A stretch of DNA of 64,000 bases, taken from Verrucomicrobiota bacterium. Its GTDB lineage: Bacteria > Verrucomicrobiota > Verrucomicrobiia > Limisphaerales > Palsa-1400. Each line of letters begins with the position of its first letter. The first letter of the stretch is position 1. The translations under genes and the position numbers were made by a program. Positions 17,694 to 25,869 of this stretch are shown here, piece by piece. The stretch lies in assembly GCA_049513975.1 (NCBI GenBank), contig JBEKVM010000033.1, positions 3,788 through 67,787 on the forward strand. The letters are read 5' to 3'. The notes under the pieces were generated by a model. That model was not told where the DNA came from. It searched no databases and saw nothing but the letters and a program-made list of their open reading frames with translations.

Positions 17694-17745
17694 AAAATTA
17701 AAACTGTTTTTCTGGCCGCATTCGCGTTCTACTGAGGAGGTGAGA
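17694..17745 (+). repeat. ~50-bp dispersed intergenic element with core AAWWAATTAAAACTGTTYTTYC (copies also at 21832..21880 and 22385..22430)
   Basis: Copies 2 and 3 share cgaaataattaaaactgtt exactly. Copies 1 and 3 also share the tail attcgYgYtctRYtgagg. All three are on the + strand in intergenic DNA. Confidence 0.7.
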
Positions 17746-17791
17746 GATGGCATTCTGCTTCCGAAAAACCAAAGCTTGATCCGCCCCCGCG

Positions 17792-20700
17792 ATGTTCTTC
17801 GACTATAACCCGAATTCGATAGGTGCTCTGATCGGCCGATTGGTGGCTGACCTTTTGTTTTTGCTCGGCGCATTGCTCGGCGCGTTGAAGTGCCTGGCCA
17901 TTTCGCGCCGCCCGGCGGCCAATGCGCCGTGCGTGTTGTCGCTCGCCCTGTTTTTGATGGTCTTTCCGATCGGGATAGCGGCCAACGAGCTTTTCCATTT
18001 CAACCTTGCCTCTCCGTTATTCCTCCTCGTCACCTCAGTTTTGAAATGGGGAATTGCCGCTGTAGCCATCATTCTGGCCATAGTTGGTTTGGTGCAGTAC
18101 GCTCATGCAAACGGGCGATTTACCCAAGGACGCCCTCAAGCGGTTTGGGCAATCGTCTGGAGCAGTCTGGCCATGTTGGTCGGGATGGTCGTCTATGTTA
18201 GCCCGCATCCGCCATTACAGCAACCCTCCAAAGGTCAGACCATCAGTTTCTACTATTTGAATTTCAGGTTTGCCGCGCCCGGCCGTCCCTGGGTGCAGGC
18301 CAACGCCAAAGCCATCAACCCCGACGCCTCCCTCGCCTTTACGCGCGGGTATCCGGAAACATGGTTTGCCATCACCGCTGAATCACTTGCCAATAGAACG
18401 ACTTCGTCCGAAGACCTGGCCGACTTGGCCCGTGCCCGGATGCAGAGCCTGGCGGAGTCTTACCATCCCGGAGAAGAATTACCGCGGAAATACGAACGAT
18501 TGAGCGGTGTGGAAGTTCACACCGAATGCACCATTCAAAACCGGCCAGTTCTTTACGTGCAATGGTTTTGCGCGACCAACGGCTGGGCCTATCAATTGAC
18601 GACTTGGGGGCGATTAACCCAGCGCCGGGAGGTGCTGAACGCGGCGCAGGATATGATCAGCCGTTTTGAGTTGGTGGATTACCAGCTCCACCCGCCCCCG
18701 GCAGAGGGAAGCCTGACGAAAGATTTTACGTCAACCAATTTTGGCTACCGGGTTCATTGCGCCAATTCCGGCTGGCGCGCCTGGCCGAAATTGGACACCG
18801 ATTCTGCATTGGCCTCCTTTGGCATGTTGCACGGGCAGGATGCCGCGCTGACGGTTACCGCCGTATCCTTGTTTGATCTGATGCCCGAGCCGGAGGCGGT
18901 TTATCGCGGTCTTTTCGCCGCGGCCAACGGCGCGGATGCGCTGCAGAACTCCCGCAAAATTCACGAGCAAACGCTGGACGGCGTCGAAGCAACCTTCACG
19001 CGAAACGCCACGGGAACAAAAGAATACACCTATCGTTTAAAAGCGTTGCAAGGCGGCGGATGCGCTTACTTGGTGCAGGCCTGGGTCGAATCCAAAAATC
19101 CGCGCCGGGACGCCGTTCTGGATGAAGCGATGTCACGGGTGGAGTTTTTGCAGCGCCCCCTTTCGCCCCCGGATCCGGTCAGGCTCAGCCCACGGGAAAT
19201 CCGCGCCCAACGCCTCGCCATCAACAGCATCGGGCTGGCTTACTACAACGCCGAGAGATATGGCGAGAGCGCGCGCTTTTTTAAGCAGGCCGTGGCCCTG
19301 GATGGCCTGCATACCAACATGGCTTTTCTGGAGAATTTGACCCTGGCCTACAAACAATCCGGCAATTATGCCGCCGCCCTGGAGGAGCTGGAACTGCACC
19401 CCCAATATGTGGATTCCCAACCGAAACTGGCCGCCAATCGCGCCTTCCTGCAAGGCCGCCTCGGCCGGATGGATGCGGCGTTGACGAACTACGAAAAACT
19501 TTTCTCCGCGGGCTTCAATGACGCCGATCATTTCAGCGAATACATCAGTCTGCTCTCCCAGGAGAACCAGACCGACAAGGCTCTGGCCGCCATCGAATCG
19601 CGTTTGCGGAAGGAAGACTCCGCCGACCTCCGCCTGCTCCAGGCCGCCTTGCTCAAACGGACCAAAAAGTTCGACCAGGCCATCGTCCTGTTGCGGGCGC
19701 AGCACGAAAAAAACCCCTTCCACGCCGGCCTGGCCTTGTCCCTAGGCGACGCTTTGATCCAAGCCGGACGGCCGAGCGAGGCCCTGCCTTTGAGCGAGGA
19801 GATGATCCGGCAATCCGGGTCTTCGGCGGCCGCGTGGTCGTTGAAAGGCCGGGCGCAGTTTGGCTTGAAATGGTACCGGGAAGCCAGGGAGTCCTTTGAA
19901 CATACCCTCAAAGAGGCGCCCTCGGACACCGGGGCGCGCCAGTATCTCCAGGTTATTGCCGGGCTGCTCGGCGAAGGCTCCAATGTCGCCATTCAAGAGC
20001 CGCTTGATCCCGTCGCGCTGCCGCGCGAACTCACCAACGACCCGCCCGCTCCGTCCGCCGATTTTGCCCGCGACGAAGGGGCGTATTACACCCGCGTCAT
20101 CACGGCCGTCTCCTATCAGCAGGGCCGGGAATATAAAAGAACTGATTATTTCCTGGCCCACGTTCTCTCCCCAACGGGAGTCTCCGCCTTCAGCACCTTT
20201 CAAGCCTCCTTCAGCCCTTTGAATGAAGAGGTCTATGTCAATGAGGTTGCGGTCAAAGATTCCGCCGGCAATCCCGTCAGCACCGGCAGAACCGGGGATT
20301 ATTACGTCCTGGATGACCGCTCCAGTTCGTCGGCGAACAATCAGAAAGTATTGAACATCCCCGTGGCCGGCCTGCAGCCGGGATTCAATCTCACCGTGAC
20401 CATCACGCGCCGCGCCTTGGGGCAGTTGAAGGAATTTGCTTTTTTGCCCTGCCCTTTTTCCAGCAGTTTTCCCGTTCAGGAACGGGCCTTGTATTACGCC
20501 GGCGACACCAATGCCGTCCGCTTTGCCAGTTCGAGCAACCTCGTGCCGGAAAGGGTGGATCATGGCTTGCTCTGGCGGCAGGCGGAGCCGCCGGTCAGCC
20601 GGTGGGAACCGCTCCGGCCGGCCACCGACGACTATGTGCCGATGGTTTGGCTGAACGACGCCCGGGCCGGCTGGCCCGAACTGGTGACAAACTACCTGGC

Positions 20701-21835
20701 CGCCATTCAGGACCGCCTGGAACTGCCCGCGGCACAAACCGAGCTGGCGCAGCAACTCGCGGCGCGCGGCGCCACCGTCCGGCAAAAAATTGCGGCCATC
20801 GCCGATGACATCCAAACCAATTACACCTATAAAGCCATTGAATTTGGCCGGCGCGCCCGCAACCCCCAAACCCTGGCCGAGGTGGTGCGCAACAAATTCG
20901 GCGATTGCAAGGACCATGCCGCCCTGGCCATGCAGATGCTCAAAGCCGCCGGCATCCCGTCTTTTCTGGCCCTGCTCAACACCGCCGCCCCGGTGCGGCC
21001 GGACCTGCCTTCCTTGGACCAATTCGATCACATGATCCTCTGCATCCCCCAGCCGGGCGCCGATGTCTTCCTGGATTGCACTGTCAAGTCGTTTGATCTC
21101 AGCGCCGGCTGTTATGGGCTGGCGGGCCGGGAGGCGTTGATTCTGGACGGCGACCATCCGCATTTTGAAAGAATTCCGGCCTACCCCGCCAACGGCAGCG
21201 TTATCCACATGAACAGGTCCGTGGAGCTGACCAATAATACCGACGCGCTCATCCGGGAAACGGTCACCTTTCACGGGCTGCACGCCGGCCTCTACCGCGC
21301 CTACTTCCGCGCCATCCCCGCCGCCAGCCGCCGCACTTATGTCGTCAATCTCTTTGTCGGCGTTTCCGAACAACTTCAGAATTTTAAAATTGACGGATTG
21401 GACGACCCTCACGCTCCCCTGCTGGTGGAACTGACCTATCTGGCCCGCGGCCGGTTTCATGCCTTTGAAAAGGAGATCGGCGGCAGTGTGCCGCTGTATT
21501 TTGAGCGGTCTGTTCTGCTCGATCAATCCGTCGAAAAACGAACCACCCCCTTTGAAATCTCCATCCCTCTGACCCTTGAAGGCGCCACCGACATCCGCTG
21601 TCCTCTCCTCTTCATCGCCACACCGCTTCCCAACCCCGCGCCCAAGGTCGAAAACCAATTCGTGGCCGGCCAGTTGTCCTCCACCGCCGATGCCGCGGGC
21701 TGCCATCTCCGCTTTCACCTTTACGAACCGGCCGGACGATTCGCTCCAGAACAGTATCCGTCTCACAACCAGGCCATGCAACAAGCCGTGGACATGCTGG
21801 CCCCACGAATTGTCTTCGCCAAAAAGGCGAAATAA
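17792..21835 (+). CDS. Large membrane-anchored TPR protein with DUF3857-like and transglutaminase-like cysteine-protease core domains
   Basis: N-terminal TM helices, then TPR-like repeats in the region 19.1-19.9 kb. The transglutaminase core is FGDCKDHAALAMQMLKAAGIPSFLALL...FDHMIL. Confidence 0.8.
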   Translation: MFFDYNPNSIGALIGRLVADLLFLLGALLGALKCLAISRRPAANAPCVLSLALFLMVFPIGIAANELFHFNLASPLFLLVTSVLKWGIAAVAIILAIVGLVQYAHANGRFTQGRPQAVWAIVWSSLAMLVGMVVYVSPHPPLQQPSKGQTISFYYLNFRFAAPGRPWVQANAKAINPDASLAFTRGYPETWFAITAESLANRTTSSEDLADLARARMQSLAESYHPGEELPRKYERLSGVEVHTECTIQNRPVLYVQWFCATNGWAYQLTTWGRLTQRREVLNAAQDMISRFELVDYQLHPPPAEGSLTKDFTSTNFGYRVHCANSGWRAWPKLDTDSALASFGMLHGQDAALTVTAVSLFDLMPEPEAVYRGLFAAANGADALQNSRKIHEQTLDGVEATFTRNATGTKEYTYRLKALQGGGCAYLVQAWVESKNPRRDAVLDEAMSRVEFLQRPLSPPDPVRLSPREIRAQRLAINSIGLAYYNAERYGESARFFKQAVALDGLHTNMAFLENLTLAYKQSGNYAAALEELELHPQYVDSQPKLAANRAFLQGRLGRMDAALTNYEKLFSAGFNDADHFSEYISLLSQENQTDKALAAIESRLRKEDSADLRLLQAALLKRTKKFDQAIVLLRAQHEKNPFHAGLALSLGDALIQAGRPSEALPLSEEMIRQSGSSAAAWSLKGRAQFGLKWYREARESFEHTLKEAPSDTGARQYLQVIAGLLGEGSNVAIQEPLDPVALPRELTNDPPAPSADFARDEGAYYTRVITAVSYQQGREYKRTDYFLAHVLSPTGVSAFSTFQASFSPLNEEVYVNEVAVKDSAGNPVSTGRTGDYYVLDDRSSSSANNQKVLNIPVAGLQPGFNLTVTITRRALGQLKEFAFLPCPFSSSFPVQERALYYAGDTNAVRFASSSNLVPERVDHGLLWRQAEPPVSRWEPLRPATDDYVPMVWLNDARAGWPELVTNYLAAIQDRLELPAAQTELAQQLAARGATVRQKIAAIADDIQTNYTYKAIEFGRRARNPQTLAEVVRNKFGDCKDHAALAMQMLKAAGIPSFLALLNTAAPVRPDLPSLDQFDHMILCIPQPGADVFLDCTVKSFDLSAGCYGLAGREALILDGDHPHFERIPAYPANGSVIHMNRSVELTNNTDALIRETVTFHGLHAGLYRAYFRAIPAASRRTYVVNLFVGVSEQLQNFKIDGLDDPHAPLLVELTYLARGRFHAFEKEIGGSVPLYFERSVLLDQSVEKRTTPFEISIPLTLEGATDIRCPLLFIATPLPNPAPKVENQFVAGQLSSTADAAGCHLRFHLYEPAGRFAPEQYPSHNQAMQQAVDMLAPRIVFAKKAK

Positions 21836-21897
21836 TTAAAACTGTTCTTCCTGGAACGAACGGATGGAAGGAGGCAACGGAGGGAATAAAAAATCAT

Positions 21898-22293
21898 CTA
21901 CGGCAAGAACTCGCACTGGCACATGGCGGCCCCGGCGACAATTGTTGGAGTGGCCACAAACCGATGGCCGATGTGGTCCACCATGACCCCAAACCCCTCC
22001 AAAGTTCTCACCCCGAGCAAGGTCATGTCGCCGGGTTCCGCAAAGACCACCTCATCGTTGGTTTCGTAGCCCTCGGCGCTGAGGATGGCGTAGCCAATCT
22101 CCCGCTCGACCTTCTGCTGCGGGGCCATGGCAAATATCCGCTTCCGGCGCGGGGTGATGCCGGCGCCTTTCAAAACCTCGGCTAGAACCCAAGTCAGTTC
22201 CGAGCCGGTGTCCACCACAGCCTCCAACGGCTTGGTGGCCAATTCCTGGCGCTTGGGATTGCGCGCGATGACATTGACTTTGAACATGCTCAT
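21898..22293 (-). CDS. Stand-alone retropepsin-like (clan AA) aspartic protease
   Basis: MSMFKVNVIARNPKRQELATKPLEAVVDTGSELTWV carries the D-T-G-S active-site motif, followed by the family-typical LLGVRTLEGFG. The internal ATG at 22293 was chosen. Confidence 0.6.
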   Translation of the reverse strand: MSMFKVNVIARNPKRQELATKPLEAVVDTGSELTWVLAEVLKGAGITPRRKRIFAMAPQQKVEREIGYAILSAEGYETNDEVVFAEPGDMTLLGVRTLEGFGVMVDHIGHRFVATPTIVAGAAMCQCEFLP

Positions 22294-22430
22294 GGTTGTA
22301 AGACTACCCCATTCTCCCGCCCTGGCGAGCCGGGAAGACCATCTCGGCGAACAACCAAAACCTGGTTTTTGCGGTCGCCACGAAATAATTAAAACTGTTT
22401 TTTCAGCGAAATTCGTGCTCTGTTGAGGGC

Positions 22431-23054
22431 ATGGATTCGCCTTCACGAATTGGAAAAGCGCCCCACAACCAGGGCGGCTTTTCCCTGGTCGAACTCCTCT
22501 GCGTCCTGGTCATCCTCATCATCCTGGCCACCATGTTGGACAGCCGTTTGTCCGTCTCCCGCCGCCGCACCGCCCGGGAATTGTGCCGCAAGAATCTTCA
22601 GACCATCTATCTGGCAATGACCCTCTACGCCGATGATAATCATGGAACCTTTCCCTTCCTGAAAGAGGCCGCGATTTCAGCAGGGCCGCTCAGCCTGCTC
22701 GTGCCCCGCGGCACCACCGAAACCGCCATCTTCATCTGCCCCGGCAGCCGCGACAAGCCGCTGCCCGAGGGCGAATCCTTCGCCAAACGCCGCATCAGTT
22801 ACGCCTATTACATGGGCCGCTCCACCAGCCACAGCGCCGACGAAGTCATCCTGTCGGACTGGCAGGTCAACAACCTGCCCAAAACCAAAGGCCAGCCCCT
22901 CTTTTCCCCCGACGGCAAAAAACCGGCCAACAACCACGACAAGGACGGCGGCAATCTTCTTCTTGGCAACGGCGAGGCCCTCAGTTCCGGCGCCAACGCG
23001 CCGCGGGACTTGCCCGTTCCGCCAGGCGTCACCCTCTTGAATCCCCTGCCATGA
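22431..23054 (+). CDS. Prepilin-type N-terminal cleavage/methylation domain protein (H-X9-DG / DUF1559-like pseudopilin)
   Basis: QGGFSLVELLCVLVILIILATML is the class-III signal. The C-terminal NHDKDGGNLLLGNGEA resembles the H-X9-DG motif common in PVC bacteria. Confidence 0.8.
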   Translation: MDSPSRIGKAPHNQGGFSLVELLCVLVILIILATMLDSRLSVSRRRTARELCRKNLQTIYLAMTLYADDNHGTFPFLKEAAISAGPLSLLVPRGTTETAIFICPGSRDKPLPEGESFAKRRISYAYYMGRSTSHSADEVILSDWQVNNLPKTKGQPLFSPDGKKPANNHDKDGGNLLLGNGEALSSGANAPRDLPVPPGVTLLNPLP

Positions 23055-24958
23055 ACATCAAAATTGAATGTGGGTGCGGGACCCGTTACTCATTCGAAGT
23101 TGAGCCGTGCAACGGCCGGATGCCCTGGGCGGTGGAGTGCCCCGCCTGCCACGCCGACGGCACCGCGGCTGCCAACCAAATCATCGCCAAAAGGTGCTCC
23201 GCCGTTCCGCCGGACGCCCCGCGCCTGCGCCTCCACGAGACACCTTCCGAAAACCCGCCGTCCGCCGCTCCGGCGCCGGAACCGCCCGCCGCGCCAAAAC
23301 TCGATCTCGCCGGGTTCAAAGCCCAAAAACGCCGTGCCGAACAACGCGCCCATCGCAAAGGCGCGCGGCTCATCGTCGGACTGGTGATCCTCCTGGCCGC
23401 CGGCCTCGGCGCCTGGGCCTGGTATTCATTGGCCGGCTCCAAACCGCATCTGGCCGCCACCCTCAAATTGCCCGGCGGCACCCCAGCTCAGATCCAGTTC
23501 CTCGGACCCGGCAAAATTCTCATCGCCACGGCCAATGAAGCCAGCTTGCGCGATCTCTCCCTGGAAAAAGTCCTTTGGTCCGCCAGGCTGTCCGACGCCG
23601 CCTCCCCCTTGGGCGCGCCGCCGGTTTTTGCCGACCATGACAAACTCTGGATTTGCCTGGGAGATCAGGTGAAATGTTTGGACGAAGCCACCGGCACCGT
23701 GAAACAAACCATCCCCATCGCCGGCCGCTTCGTCAGCTTTACCCCCGCCGACACCAGCCTCCTCGTCGTCTCCGCCCCGGACGAGACGCGGCGCATTGCC
23801 CTTCACATCGAACTGGCCACCGGCGCGGTTTCCACCCAGGAAATCACCGTCCCGCGCAAGGAAAAACAGACCCTGCCCAACGATCTGCCGCCCAACGTGC
23901 TGCCCACCGCCGCCGTCTTGACGGCCCAAATTCTGGAGGAGCAAAAATTCAACAAACCGCTCAACGCCATGAGCAGCGAGTTTTTTGCCGCGGGAAAAAA
24001 CCTCGTCGAGCTGCGCGTCAAATTGCTCGAAGCCAAAGTCTCCTACGTCCAAAGCATCAAGCCCCGCGGCCCGCCGCAGCTCAACGGCCAAACCACCGCC
24101 GGGTCCAGCGCCGGCGTGATTGGCGAGGAAATTTTCAACGACCTCAAGCGCAGCGAGACCGGCGGGGTGCGTCCGGTGGACGAGAGCCGTTATGAAGTGC
24201 GCCTGCGCCGCTGGATCGAATCAGAGCCGGTGGAATGGAAGGGCGAAGTCACCGGCGCGCCCTCCTTCTTTCCCCTCTCCACCGTGGACCTGCTGGTGGC
24301 GGGCCAGACTCTGGCCGTTTTCGACAAACAGAACCAAAAGCTCTTCGACAGCAAACTCAGCTACCCGGTCAGCGAACGCTTCACCACCGGCGATTTGGCC
24401 GGTCGCCTTCTGCCCGCCGCTGAACGCACAAACACCCTTTACTTCTTTGATCAGGGCGTTCTCACCGCCTTCTCCCTGCCGGACGGCGGGGTGCGCTGGC
24501 GTCTGCCCAGTTTTGGCATCAGCGCCATCCAGTTCGACGGCCAGGGCATGCTCTACGTGGATTCCACCGCCGCCGGCCCGGACGACATCAAGTATGCGGA
24601 TACCATCAGCTTTGAAAAAATCCCTTCTGTTCTCCTCAAGGTGGATCCGGCCTCCGGTAAAATCCTGTGGAAGGCCGAACAACGCGGCGAACGCACCATA
24701 GTCTCCGGCAAATTTCTCTACTCCGAGAGCGTGCAGCAGGGCGGCGCCGGCCTCGCCGCCGCCCTGGGCGACGCCCTCAACCAGCCGCCCGGCGAAGGCC
24801 CCGTCTATTTTCGTCTTTACAGAATGGACCCCGCCACCGGCGAGGCCCTCTGGAGCCTCTACCGCGAGCAACGCCCCCGCAATCTGGCCATCGGGGGCAA
24901 CCGCATCCTCCTCCGTTTCGGCGACGACCTGGAACTCTTCAAATTCCTCGTCTTTTAG
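23051..24958 (+). CDS. Zinc-ribbon / single-TM / PQQ-like (BamB-like) beta-propeller protein
   Basis: MNIKIECGCGTRYSFEVEPCNGRMPWAVECPACHADG has CxC...CxxC. The TM segment is LIVGLVILLAAGLGAWAWYSL. Repeated G-x-hydrophobic-W blades follow (DGGVRWRL, SGKILWKAE, TGEALWSLY). There is an ATGA overlap with the pseudopilin gene. Confidence 0.7.
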   Translation: MNIKIECGCGTRYSFEVEPCNGRMPWAVECPACHADGTAAANQIIAKRCSAVPPDAPRLRLHETPSENPPSAAPAPEPPAAPKLDLAGFKAQKRRAEQRAHRKGARLIVGLVILLAAGLGAWAWYSLAGSKPHLAATLKLPGGTPAQIQFLGPGKILIATANEASLRDLSLEKVLWSARLSDAASPLGAPPVFADHDKLWICLGDQVKCLDEATGTVKQTIPIAGRFVSFTPADTSLLVVSAPDETRRIALHIELATGAVSTQEITVPRKEKQTLPNDLPPNVLPTAAVLTAQILEEQKFNKPLNAMSSEFFAAGKNLVELRVKLLEAKVSYVQSIKPRGPPQLNGQTTAGSSAGVIGEEIFNDLKRSETGGVRPVDESRYEVRLRRWIESEPVEWKGEVTGAPSFFPLSTVDLLVAGQTLAVFDKQNQKLFDSKLSYPVSERFTTGDLAGRLLPAAERTNTLYFFDQGVLTAFSLPDGGVRWRLPSFGISAIQFDGQGMLYVDSTAAGPDDIKYADTISFEKIPSVLLKVDPASGKILWKAEQRGERTIVSGKFLYSESVQQGGAGLAAALGDALNQPPGEGPVYFRLYRMDPATGEALWSLYREQRPRNLAIGGNRILLRFGDDLELFKFLVF

Positions 24959-25164
24959 CTTTGGGAGAGCCGGCAACGGTAGGGCGAGACTCCGTCGAGC
25001 CCCGACTCGATTTCGGGGAATGCCGATGCTGCGTAGAACATGAACAAGACAATAGTACGGCTTGACCCTTGCGACGGTCTGTCAGTTCAAATCCGCCCCG
25101 CATTGTACAAATCAATGGCGGAGTTGTTTTTATCAATTTGACCGCCGATGAGCAGGCTGCCAAA

Positions 25165-25869
25165 ATGGAAGGCGTGAGTTCAGGCGTGATACCCGAAGCA
25201 GCCCTGTTGTCAAAAAATGCCCTGGACAAGCCGCGCGTGCCGGTGTGGCTGAAGTGGGCCTACACCGCCTTCATGCTGGTGCTGGTGCCGGTTTACTGGG
25301 TGAACTATGGACCGGCCAATTTTATCTACTTCTGTGACGCGTCCTTGTTCCTGACCTTGTTCGCCGTTTGGACGGATAACGCGCTGCCGGCTTCCATGGC
25401 AGCGGTTGGGATTCTCGTTCCGCAGTTCTTCTGGTGCGTGGACTTTGGCGCGGAGTTGGTGGGTTCGCACCTGACCGGCATGACCGGCTACATGTTCGAC
25501 GCGCAGCTCTCTCTTTTCCTGCGCGGGCTTTCGCTGTTTCACGGCTGGCTTCCCTTCCTGCTCTGCTACCTGGTTTTCCGCCTGGGCTATGACCGGCGCG
25601 CCTTGAAGGCGTGGACCGCGCTGGCTTGCGCATTGTGCCTCATCGCCTTTTTCCTGCTGCCGCCGGCGGGCGCAACCCAGGCGGACCCGAAATGGCCGCG
25701 CAATATAAACTACGTCTTTGGCCTCGATGACGCCCATCCGCAGAAGTGGATGCCGCCGGGCCTGTATCTTGTCGTCTGGTTTCTGGCTTTGTTCACGCTG
25801 GCCTACGTGCCAACCCATCTGGCGCTTACCAAACTGACCGCCGCACGCGCCACCCGGCTCCCATCATGA
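25165..25869 (+). CDS. Hypothetical polytopic membrane protein
   Basis: About 6 hydrophobic helices (WLKWAYTAFMLVLVPVYWV, LFLTLFAVW, ...). The stop overlaps the next gene start (ATGA 25866). The start is uncertain (ATG 25165 vs TTG 25069). Confidence 0.55.
   Translation: MEGVSSGVIPEAALLSKNALDKPRVPVWLKWAYTAFMLVLVPVYWVNYGPANFIYFCDASLFLTLFAVWTDNALPASMAAVGILVPQFFWCVDFGAELVGSHLTGMTGYMFDAQLSLFLRGLSLFHGWLPFLLCYLVFRLGYDRRALKAWTALACALCLIAFFLLPPAGATQADPKWPRNINYVFGLDDAHPQKWMPPGLYLVVWFLALFTLAYVPTHLALTKLTAARATRLPS

Noticed and set aside
14689-17695. 576-aa (14689..16419) and 480-aa (16253..17695) minus-strand ORFs
   Set aside because: They are antisense to ymdB and xseA, which have clear family motifs. 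The composition is low-complexity.
19742-21784. 680-aa minus-strand ORF
   Set aside because: It is antisense to the transglutaminase-like gene and is a Gly/Arg/Ala-rich shadow ORF.
25069-25105. tRNA-like T-arm sequence (gtcagttcaaatccgcc)
   Set aside because: Only the TTCAAAT loop matches. The flanking stem pairs at 3 of 5 positions, and no acceptor or anticodon arms can be drawn. At best it is a degraded fragment.
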